DNA of 64,000 nucleotides from Paecilomyces variotii (Eukaryota): NCBI GenBank assembly GCA_004022145.1, contig RCNU01000003.1; one strand, 5' to 3'. Shown piece by piece: positions 1 to 10,590 of this stretch (position 1 is its first letter; each line of letters starts with the position of its first letter). The notes under the pieces were generated by a model. It saw only the letters and a program-made list of their open reading frames with translations, ran no database searches and was not told where the DNA came from. The position numbers and the translations under genes were made by a program.

Positions 1-235
1 CCGGGATACAGTATGGTGTACACCAGGCAAGATCGTCTCCAGAATCTCTAGTGGCTAAACTGGTAGCTTGGACATCTTCCTGTTTCTGGCCAGGGATGCA
101 GTACGGCGTACACCAGGCAAGGTCGTCTCCAGTATCTCTGGTATCAAGGTCCAAAGGGGCGGCGTTGGCGCAGAGACATAGGAGGGCAAGCGCTCCAATA
201 AGAACAAGAGGGTTTCGGAGACATAGAAGCTCCAT
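1..235 (-). CDS. Secreted tandem-repeat peptide precursor (5' part only, runs off the left edge of the window)
   Basis: ATG at 235-233, open to position 1. Manual translation: MELLCLRNPLVLIGALALLCLCANAAPLDLDTRDTGDDLAWCTPYCIPGQKQEDVQATSLATRDSGDDLAWCTPYCIP(G). Hydrophobic signal peptide ending ANA-AP, two copies of TRD[T/S]GDDLAWCTPYCIP, and TATAAA on the minus strand at about 343-348. Confidence 0.8.
   Translation of the reverse strand, partial: MELLCLRNPLVLIGALALLCLCANAAPLDLDTRDTGDDLAWCTPYCIPGQKQEDVQATSLATRDSGDDLAWCTPYCIP
2..142. repeat. Imperfect direct repeat, 90-nt period, coding for the repeated peptide unit
   Basis: 2-52 (cgggatacagtatggtgtacaccaggcaagatcgtctccagaatctctagt) matches 92-142 (agggatgcagtacggcgtacaccaggcaaggtcgtctccagtatctctggt). 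The differences are almost all synonymous in the minus-strand frame. Confidence 0.9.
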
Positions 236-1787
236 TTTTGGCACTTGTAAAGCGAATCTGTCTTAGAGGTCTTGATATGATCAGAAGCTGTTTGGTTGGA
301 GACTAGAAACGATATAGAGATCTATGCCTGAGCTCGAAGACATTTATAACCGCGTCCAAGGGAGGAACAGAATTCAATGGTAGTCCTATGTCTTGGGTAG
401 GGAAGACGATCGCCTTTTCCATTTTCCCAGTTGGTGTCACTGTGGGTTATAGCATACAAAGCACCTATGATATAACCATAGAGATTATAGATGCTAAACC
501 CAACGATTCGCAAGAAGCTGTAAGCAAGTGCAACATGTGAATGCATGGCTACCGCGCTATATAAAGAAAGTAGATCTCCAACGTTACATTAAGCGCCCTT
601 CTTTGTCTATCCTCGGGCACCAAGCTCCTATCATGCTTGATAGCCTGATATGCAAATTGAAATGAGCACCGACATTCTTTATCCACCTAATGTAGCGCGG
701 CAGCAAGCTGGGGGCGAAGTATGCAAGTTAAATGAAGCGGCAAGGTTATATAACTTGACTTAGCCTGATATGATTGCTGATCTGTGGTGCAGCATCTAAT
801 ACTGGTAACAGATGGAGAAGGACAAGCATTGTTCATTCAGCGGACCTTGTTGCGGTGAGGCAGCGAGGAGGCTGAACCAGGAAAGATTTCCGACCAGCCC
901 AGCTTGGGGTTCAATGTTGGCCTCCGTTCATAACAGTAGATCTACACTACAAGATGGCCGGAATAGGTCTACGACAACGGATGGTATCGACAGTCGATTC
1001 CATGATCATCCTGTATTGAATACAAAGTGGCTAGTCCTAATAATCCCCAGCTGGCAGTCTTGATAACTGTTTAGGGGACCGACAACCTATTAACAAAGAA
1101 TGGATGGAGACAGAGTGAGAATTGAATGTTGTAGATATGCGGCTACTTGACACTAGAAGTTGAAAGACCTTACGAGGAATCCAATTGATGAAATTAGTAT
1201 GTTTCTACCCCGCAGTCCTTATGATACAGTACGGGCTGTCATAGCACGACATAAGTCCACAAATACTCTTGTAAGCCGATAAGTGCATGACTGTTTGCGG
1301 CAAAGACACAACACAATGAAGCCCGGTGAGCGTAAAGAGAAGATGTAGCCGAGGTCTTGCTATTTCCTTTGTATGCGATAATTACTGGAGGCAACATACG
1401 AACCTCGATGTTTGGACTGCGGTAGCTCCGAGTAGGTAAGCGCACGTTGTTAACATGAAGTCACCATGGATGCTGCCGAATTAGTCTCTTACCTAGAGCT
1501 CATTTCATCTGTATATTGAAGATGTTTTACTAGATACTAGCGACCAATGAGACTGCTGAAATGCAGCACAAAGGCGACGAGGACCACGATACAAATACCT
1601 GGTCGATTGCGTGTTACTTGGAAAGATCTACAATTGTCTGGCCAATTTGCGATAGTTGCTAGGTATCAGATCTGGTTAACTAGTTACAGATTAGCGCTGA
1701 ATTAGTCATCTGGCGTGAACTCGGGTCGAAGAACCGAACCAGAAGTGGAATTTGTTACATTCGTTTCCAATTTTGTATGAAGTAAGG

Positions 1788-3035
1788 ATGTGTGGTCTGG
1801 TTTCCCATGTCGTTTGGCCTATATCTGCGGCGATAGCTTTATCTGCCGTTATTAGCACGTTGTGGCTGTCTGGGATTACTGACCGTCAAGGCATATGGTC
1901 TAAGGATTATTGTTCTCTTCTGAATGACCACAGCTTTCTCTACGGCTGGATCTGTGGCCTCCTATTTATTCCATTCATCAAAAATGCCACCAGTAGCCTC
2001 TTTCGTTGCTGTTTTGCGGATAGCGGCGAAGACAAGCTTTATGGTCTAGACCATGCTCTTCTCAATATTGAGATGCCTCCGCCAAGCATGTGGATGAATA
2101 TGGGATATTGGAAAGTAGGTTCAATGCCCAGGTATACTATCCTTATACATGATATAACTTATTTTATGTAGCATACTCAATCATTTCCTGAAGCGTGCAC
2201 CGCTCTTCTGGAAAAAGTGCTACGGACAGCTGGACTTCTTGATAGCAATCGAAGACCGCTAAGCGTCAGAGACTCTTCGGCCCTAAGGATTATTGATGTT
2301 GGCTGTGGTTGTGGTGACCAGACTATCTATTTGATGAAATGGCTGGCCCGGATCGATGATCATGCTCCTGGATCGGAGCGTCGGCCGCTGTTTGACGCCT
2401 ATGTCGGCATAAATGTGAATCAACACCAGGCCGAGTTTGCTCGTCAACGGATCAAAGATACCGGTAGAAGCGACAGTATCCATATATTCTGTGCAGACGC
2501 AGCAGATCCGACGTCGTGGAGCCGCGAACTCAAGGATGCCGTAACCGCGACATCTCAGCAAGGATTCGGCGATAAGCAGTCTCAGACTGCTCACACGTGG
2601 CTGCTTGCCTTGGACACTCTTTATCACTTCAAGCCTTCCCGTGATCCCCTTTTATCCTATGCTGCTCGCGAGCTCCGCGCTTCTTTTATGGCGTTTGATC
2701 TCATTCTCGCTGATTCGGTACATCCCGTTGACAATATTCTGCTACGTGCTGTATGCTTTATGTCGTCCATCCCCTTCTCAAACTTCAAGACTTTGTCCGA
2801 TTACCGCGATATGTTAGTCAGGGCTGGTTATGCGTCTGATAATATCGAAATACACGATATCTCTGAATATGTGTTTTCCGGGATCGGAGGATATATGGAG
2901 CGGAGAGAAGCTGAGTTGAGGCAGTTTAAATTGAGCCTTGGAAAGCTACAAGTTGCAGGAAAACTGTTTAGTTGGTGGGGACGGAGCAATATTGTGAGAG
3001 GAGTTGTGGTTGTTGCGAGAAGAAATGCTATATAA
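1788..3035 (+). CDS. Class I SAM-dependent methyltransferase with hydrophobic N-terminus (2 exons; intron 2115-2171)
   Basis: WMNMGYWK joins HTQSFPEAC in frame across a GT..AG intron. SAM motif IIDVGCGCGDQ and LALDTLYHF are present. The exact start codon is uncertain. Confidence 0.8.
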
Positions 3036-3287
3036 GTTCCATGTAAGGGAGAAAATCGTATCTCAACTTGTCCGTGCGTAGGTGGCTTTTTGTATGCAAC
3101 ACAATCAACCAATCAAATCATCCGATAACAGGTGGGACATTCTCGTTCAGATTATCACGCAACGTCATCATACACGAGACAGCCAGAAGCAGGTTCAACA
3201 GAAATACTGGCCTTAATACTCCTTGAATTACTCCGGAAACAACAATAAACAATCAAGACAGACGGCGAAATAATTGCGAATAGGAAC

Positions 3288-4380
3288 ATGATTGATTTAA
3301 CTGTCATCCAGTCTTCGAACGCGCAAATCTCGACTGCTCTCCCTGCTGGTCTTGTCGCCGTTTTCGTTGGAGGGACCGATGGGATTGGTGCAGCAACAGC
3401 TAAACAGTTTGCAAGACATGTGCGCGAACCTCGCATATACATTATCGGACGTTCGCAAAAATCTGGAAACCGTGTTGTTGAGGAATGCAAGAAGCTGAAT
3501 CATAGAGGACAATACATCTTGCTTCTTGCCGATGTGAGTCTGCTTTCCGCAGTAGACAACATCTGTCGGAAGATTGAGGAGAAGGAAACTGTCGTGAATC
3601 TGTTGTTCCTAAGTGCTGGAAACTTAGGGGCAGCTCATGGTAGGCCCTGACCAAAGCGCTACACAGACATGGGAATTGGAATGGCTAAGCTAGAAATCAA
3701 CAGAGACTTCAGAAGGTCTCCCAATGACCATGGCACTTGTACATTATTCCCGAGTGCGATTCATACTCAATTTTCTCCCGCTTATTCGGCATGCCCCTGG
3801 TCTTCGCCGAGTCGTGAGTGTCTTCTCGGCTCATAAGGAGGGACACTTTCATGCAGACGACATCCAAGCGCGACATCTCTCTGTGCTATCCAAACGAGCC
3901 CATATCGCGACTATGGTGACCTTGTCACTCGAGGCACTAGCCCGGAAGGCACCAGAAGTCAGTTTTATTCATGCAAACCCAGGAACGGTGAAGACGAAAA
4001 TGCGAGATATGCCGCTGGTGATGAGAGCCGCGTCCTCATTGATTGGTTCATTCTCGTCTATTCCACTAGAAGAGAGCGGTGAACGGCATTTGTTTTTAGC
4101 CACGAGTGCGATGTATCGTCCTAGCATTCAGAACCATGAGAAAGGTGGCATTAATGATGCAGCTTGTGGAGTTCCTTTGGCGATCGGTTTAACTCCGGCT
4201 ATAGGATCAAATGGACAGACTAGCAGTGGCGTCTACTCGGTGGATTGGGATGGCGAAACTTATGAGCTGCATCTTGAAACGTATCTGCATAAGCTGAGAG
4301 AAAGCGGAGACTTGGAAGAGATCAACAAGCACACGGAGAATGAGTTTAAGCGGATCACAGGGAGTGTGGCATCAGTATAA
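3288..4380 (+). CDS. Short-chain dehydrogenase/reductase, fungal BGC-associated type (2 exons; intron 3640-3703)
   Basis: Rossmann motif VAVFVGGTDGIG, IYIIGRS, ADVS, a spliced ETSEGL, FIHANPGTVKT and ESGERHLFLATS. 343 codons after splicing. Confidence 0.85.
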
Positions 4381-4673
4381 TAATGATACCTTCTGATATG
4401 AGCTACAATTGATTGAATAGAAAGACGTAACAGGTTTCCCATTCCGAAATAAAGTCTAGCTTGTTGGTTAAAACTTAATCTTACTTTCAACCCTGGCAAC
4501 ATATTCGAGCACTATGTTTGTTGCCTGCTTGTTCTGCCCACCAGCTTGCAGTCGAGTCTCCTCAATGGGCTTTTGAAATTTCCTATTTGTATTACGGATA
4601 GCATTGGAAGTTATAATCAGTCTAGGATCCTCCCATTATCTACATTATACGACAGACTTCAACTTATATACTT

Positions 4674-6567
4674 TCAAGTGGCACACATTCTTCCGTCTTT
4701 CAAGATAGTCCAAGCCTCACTACCGACAGATTTAGTTGCATAGAAAAAGCCATCCTTGTCCCATCTTTGCTTGATTTTCTTTAGCTTCTCATAATTTGAG
4801 CCGAAGAAGACCTGCTGAAAATTTGGCTGCCTGAAATCGGCCTCGTTCATATACGCCCCGCTATTAGGTGTAGCTGCCTCGATCTCCGGCATGATTTTGT
4901 GAGTCATAAGGTCCTGTCTGGCAATCATCTCTGACCAAGGAGCGGTGAAATTCCAAGGGGTAGAGAGGGTAGCATGTACGATGGCGTTGCGCCACGCGGG
5001 CAGGACAGAGTTCTCTTGCGACTTTCCAAACGCAGAGACGTCAACACCCACGCCGATAAAAGTGACGCCTTGTTCAGCTATGCTGCGGTAGGTCGATGAA
5101 ATGTTTGCGACGACAGATCGGGGAATTAAACGACCACCGTATTGTGCGATACCGACTTGGATGTTTCCGTAAGGCAAGGGCCCAAAGTATTTGTTATAGT
5201 GGTCCCAGTACGTGGTCGATTCTCCATATGTCACGTTATACTTGATACCCAGGCTGCTGAGCTGTACGACAAATGGAGCAAGAAGGGACTTGACCTCCTC
5301 TTGTGTCCCATTGTAGAGGCTGAGGGACGCAATGCTGAAGAATGTACTATCGAAGAAATAAACAGCCATGGCGCCTGCATCAATGATGGCAGGGAGCTTT
5401 TCGTGGAAGGCATAAATGCCTTGATAGAAGATATCGGTAGGATTTGAGTCGGCATAGAATGTTAGAGAAGCACCTCCAAAGTGAGTGTCTGGGTGAGCTT
5501 TGAAGGTGACAGCGACAACAACACCATAGTTCCCGGGGCCGCCGCCGCTGAGTGCCCAGTAGAGATCCTGGTTCTGAGTTCGAGAAGCAGTAACGAACTT
5601 TCCGTCCGCAGTAACGACATCAAAGGAAAGTGTGTTGTCGGCAGCTAAGCCGAATTTCGTGCTAAGAATGGAGTGTCCACCACCCTGAGCATATCCGCCA
5701 GCTATACCAACAGTTGGGCATTCACCTCCGACGAGGACCAGTCCTTGAGCTTTGGTGGCAGCCATGGCCTCATAGCCTTGAACACCGGCACCAACCTTCA
5801 CAGACCTTCCCTTATAGTAAGGGTCATCCCAATCTAGGAAACTTATATTCTTGAGATAGTGTGTCCAAATTGCAAGGGACCCTGCACCGGTCGAGCGACC
5901 GAGATAGTCATGGCCGGTATTTCGAATAACAAAGCGAATATTCTTGCTCTTTGCGAAAGTTACGGTTGCGATAATGTCCTCCACGGACGTTGCGTTTACC
6001 GCATATCGCACATAGTTACCCGGTAGACATGGTTTTGATTCCTTGGTAAAAGGATCACAGCTCTGGTTGGCAAAGAATGGTGCCATGACGGAGGACGAGG
6101 ACTCCATACTGTATTAATATGAGTTTCCAAATATAGTTTAGAAGAAGGAGGCACCGTTTAGGTGTGAAACGTGAATCTTCTTCAATCCAATTTGTAGAAT
6201 GAAATGCACATACTGGATTGGAGCTTCTTGCCATTGGCTCTGGAGTGAGCTGCACACTTCAGCATCGTAAAAGGGGTCGTGGCAAGGTTGGCCAAGGGGA
6301 ACTGTTGCGATAAGACGGCCGCCAACAGTCCTATTCAGAGAGTTCCATTGATGCGGTGTCGGCCAACAAGAGTCTCCGGGAAAGCATTTGCATTTGGGAG
6401 AAGGACTCAAAGATGATACAACAGCCAGAATAGCCACAAGAGCCGGTATAATTAAACTCTTTATCACATTAGCATAATGTCTCGAATAGCCCGGGCTATC
6501 AGAATAGGAGATATCCTAATGAAGCGAGAGTCCTTAAAATGATACTTACTAGTTGGTATCTCGCCAT
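4674..6567 (-). CDS. Secreted FAD-linked oxidoreductase, berberine-bridge-enzyme-like (3 exons; introns 6549-6459 and 6213-6109)
   Basis: An 18-nt first exon (MARYQL) followed by GTAAGT completes the signal peptide. Cys-rich CKCFPGDSCWP N-terminus. RNTGHDYLGRS (His) and GECPTVG (Cys) are typical of bicovalent FAD attachment. C-terminal BBE motif AYMNEAD...YEKLKKIKQRWD. Confidence 0.9.
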
Positions 6568-6907
6568 TATTAGGTCAGGAGGACCGATACCGAAGAGTGT
6601 CTATACACAGGAGCGGAAAGGGAAGCGTCTATTATTGTAACTAGCTGTGATCAGTTTATAAAATTCACTAGTTGTAGCGACCCGGGGTCATGCCACTAAA
6701 ACACACTAATTGGCTTGTTGTCAACAACAGCCCGTAAATAAAAGTTGGCGTCCCAGCCTCTCCATGACCCCGCGCTAGCTAAGCAGACTAAGAATACCAC
6801 CAATTTTCCTCCACTATGTTCGTATTATGTGAGTACTAAGTATGGTAATATTCTACCTTGTTAAATTGAATAGCAACAACAAAGGGATGAGAATGGGAAC
6901 AACCTTG

Positions 6908-6933
6908 TCAGCCGCACTTGTATATGCGGCTGA
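6908..6933. promoter_or_regulatory. Perfect 9-bp inverted repeat TCAGCCGCA-N8-TGCGGCTGA upstream of the FAD oxidoreductase; candidate Zn2Cys6 site
   Basis: Read directly from the sequence. It contains everted CCG/CGG triplets and lies about 350 bp upstream of the ATG at 6567. Confidence 0.4.
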
Positions 6934-9900
6934 ATCGGCGGTCAAGAATCTCCAACACATTAAACTTGCCGCTAAAATAACTGAATTGATACAGATTGCA
7001 CTCATAAGAATTTTACTTGCCTGTCAGCGTCATGGCCGCAGAATTGAGGCGATTATAAAATATCACATCAAAAATAGTTCGGCAGATTAAGTCTGACTCT
7101 GATTTTCTGTGGAATTTAGATGTTGTAATAGCTGTAATACATTCACCTGAATGTATGTTAGCTCGAGTCAAGAAGCAGTAATGTCTAGGAAGCTTTCCCT
7201 GCCCATTGTGACAATCTACTATCACTACGATCGGCACTGTCATTGAGCTGCAAGTCATTTATGAACTCAACCCCTACAGCTTCTTTCGCGGCAGTGACAC
7301 TATCAAAGGGTGGGACAGGAACTGTAGAACTAATCGATGGTGGCTCAGACGCGCTTAAAAGCATGTCAAATATCTACTTGCAGGTGCGTAGCTTCTCAAG
7401 ACTAAGCTATAGGGAGTGTTTTAGGCCATCAGCCTAAATACCACTCATACAAAAGACTAAACACTATAATAGCCTGTCATCTATTACGCGCTGGCTAGCT
7501 ACCCTTGTATGTACATACTTATATTAAACCCTCGGGGACTAATACTTGGATCGTCCTGAATAGAATAAAGGGGGTGAAGACTTCGACTTCCTCAGGCTTG
7601 AGATTAGCAGGAACGACATAAAAGGCTGGTGCGTCCGTCATGCGAGCGATTCTGATTGCGGAAAGGCATTTCGGGGTGCAGGTAATCTAATGGGGTGGCT
7701 CACGCTATGCGGCAATAGTTGAGGTAACGGGATTTGTTGTACATAGTACTTTCGAGGTAAAGGAATTATAATCGGTAGATAGATGGGAGAATCCTTCAGT
7801 TTGCAATAAGAAACTGAATCTGGACGAAATGAGCCATACTGGCTCCTCAATATTGTTAGCGCAAGATTAGCATCTCATTGTGTTTAATGGATATTGATGG
7901 CTTTCTGCCACTCGACCAAAAAGGAGAACTCCTAGTAGGAGTTGGTCGAGACTCTACCTGGATCTCTAACAGATATCTTTCTCTATTTCTTACAGGTGTT
8001 ATAGCCATTATTATCGTCAAGGACTCTCTAAGAATCAATAAGGTCTTCGCAATCTACCGGCACTTGTCTTGACTCTGCTCTGCGGTGGGAGCAAGAGAGC
8101 GAGAGAAAAGTCAAGTTCTTCGCTCAGGATCTCATTGAAAAAGTCATCCTAAATATTAATTTTGCAGACAAATAATGATCTGCTATTAAGAAGTTGATCA
8201 AATAAGGATCAGAACCGCGTCTCCTATAGAAAAGAGTGTTCAAGGAGCGAACACAGTTCTTGGGCGAAGGTATATGCCCCCCTCGCGTGATTGCTTTAGC
8301 ACATTTCAGGATCTTGATTAAAATGATCGAAAGATACGTGCTGTAAGCAATAATGGCTCGCCGTCAATATCTGAGGAAAAAAAAAAGATATAAGGCAAAC
8401 TGGCGCTTATAACATCTTGGATGCTCTGGAGGAAAGAATGATCGATTGCTTCGTCCTCTAGGAATCGAGCTCAAAACCTCAAAGCTATCTAACGCTATCT
8501 GTGCGACGCGCTAAGTAAACCACAATCGGAGAGCGTGGCAGGCAGCGTGCTAGGCCCCTAGCGCCGAAATTAATATCCTGGGTTCTATATTGACGGCTGT
8601 CTCAGTGGGGACGCAAGCCAATCTCTAGACAAAGGGACCATCATGTTAATTATTGCGGGACCTCTTTTATTTTAATCTAAGGGCATGTACTCCGCATTCT
8701 GTTGTCAGAAAACTCCTTCCTAATTCCTAGGATAGCTGGGGAAAAGTCATTTGTTAACATCGTGACGGCTCAGTCTGTGCCGTATTCCTTCTTAGCAGGC
8801 TTAAACTTCCCATATAGCGGATTCTTAGCAAAGGTTAGGTTATTTAACCTTATAGGTGATTCGCTGAGGCAAACGTGTCCGACAGCCCCGTGAGGGACTC
8901 CCTAGGTAAGGAGTCTCGGAGGTTTTCTTACTCCTACTAAGTCCAAGAGGGCTCAGATGAGGGAATACCGTATTCTGCTGTGTAACGCATTGTCTCGTAT
9001 CCACGCTAGTCATAGGAGAATTATCTTCCAGCCTCAATATACTTTGCAAAATGCTGCAAGGGATATGACAAGGTTCCGGCCACGTGCCCATCTAGCAGTA
9101 CGAATTGATGAGGCATTTAGATCTCGACAGCTAGGTAAAAGAAACATGCAAAGTAGGTCCTATTCAGAACAAGGCAATCCTGGCCGGTGATATCCTAGAA
9201 TCTGATATTGCGTCTTGCTAATTGGAAGCTCCCTCTCCCCAGGTTCAAAATTAAATTTCCCTAGTCCTCTCAGCTGAAGAGCTACCAGGAAGTCATACGT
9301 AAGGCTGAATCAGACATCGCCCGTGCTTGTAGCTGAAATTATGACGTTGTATAGGATATGCCAGATTACCAAGGGCTGTATAACCAGCTGACCTAGAGCC
9401 GCTTGCGACATGGTCTATTACTCTAATTCGGGTAAGCTATACTTTTCATAAGTATAACAGCGTTGATGTTATAATCCCTTATCTATTGGTTGTTAGTAAA
9501 CCCTAAATCTACTTAGGTAATGTATTGAAGTCCTCTTTTGCGTCACGAAGTATGCATCCCCGTGAACCGAGTTAACATTGTAGTAGGGAGAGAGAGAGAA
9601 AAAGGGCACAGACTTGAGAGAGCCTTCAATCCATGTGATTCCTTGCATGGCGGACTGAGCGGTGGATTAGCCTGAATCCGGTCTGGATCGTAAATTCTAT
9701 CCGGAACTTTTGAACGTGGCGGACGTCCTGTTCCTTAGCTGCGGGTCTCAGGCGCCACGCTTTTTGAAGCGGAATTTATGATTTGACAGAATTCGACTTC
9801 TTCTACCGCTTTCTAGCAAGTAAACCTAGTGGCTTGCCATCGATGATACCTAACAATCGCCGGAAGGGCCCGATCACTTGCTCCCCCAATGATCACGCGG

Positions 9901-10590
9901 TAGCCTGACCAATGTACAGTGTCTCGCTTCGATCAAGATGATAATACCCGACACTACAGAGTACAAGTGTGTATAAGAGCCAAGGCTGCCTTAACCTGGC
10001 GCAATATGGAGGCAGATGAAAGGGAACAAGCTTGTCGGGCTAGCGTCTTGTCTAGAAACTAGAAGAATCATCCTATCATTTAGGAATATTAAGCAGAGAA
10101 TTGAGGAGGCAGTGATTAGGTTTCACCATAGAACACCATGGCTGGGCATTCGGCCTGCCTCGTCTTAGTGCCATTTGGCTTGGTGTAGTAAACCGCAAAT
10201 TGTCACAAATCGCGGCAAGAATACCACCAGCAGCGAACAATATCCCGAAGCCACAGTTGAGCCATTACCCCACGAGAATCCCCGGATTCGTCCAACGTGG
10301 GCTAATTTACCTGACCGGTTTAGCGTTGGCCCCAGAAACGCCTCGCTAGCTTGACCATGGCCGCCCCCAGATTCTCCTCGTGGATGTAAACCACGCAAAG
10401 TACGGAGTAGTGGAGAGAATATACCCGGCCTTGAAAGCACTGTGAAGAAGCCTATTTATTTAAAATGTAAGTTAATGCCCCGTAAAAACTCAAGACAGCC
10501 CTGGATTCTAGCCTCGAGGTTTTGGTTTTCTTCCTGAACCCGTTCTCCTGGCTATCAAGACGTCTCCCTGTCAAAGCAATCCCAACAGTC

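Noticed and set aside
2-142. Repeat-spacer-repeat pattern resembling a CRISPR array
   Set aside because: Eukaryotic context, only two imperfect copies visible, codon-phased 90-nt period, and no cas genes.
51-266. Plus-strand 71-aa ORF over the left-edge repeat
   Set aside because: It is the shadow of the minus-strand precursor. The repeat differences are synonymous in the minus frame, which also has an ATG and a signal peptide.
6486-6499. 14-bp palindrome ATAGCCCGGGCTAT
   Set aside because: It is a single occurrence inside an intron with no supporting context.
6459-6567. Apparent missing start codon or frameshift in the FAD oxidoreductase (the ORF track starts at GTG; the nearby ATG is followed by TGA)
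   Set aside because: An 18-nt upstream exon (ATG GCG AGA TAC CAA CTA | GTAAGT) with a GCTAAT branch site and an AAG acceptor restores an intact signal peptide.
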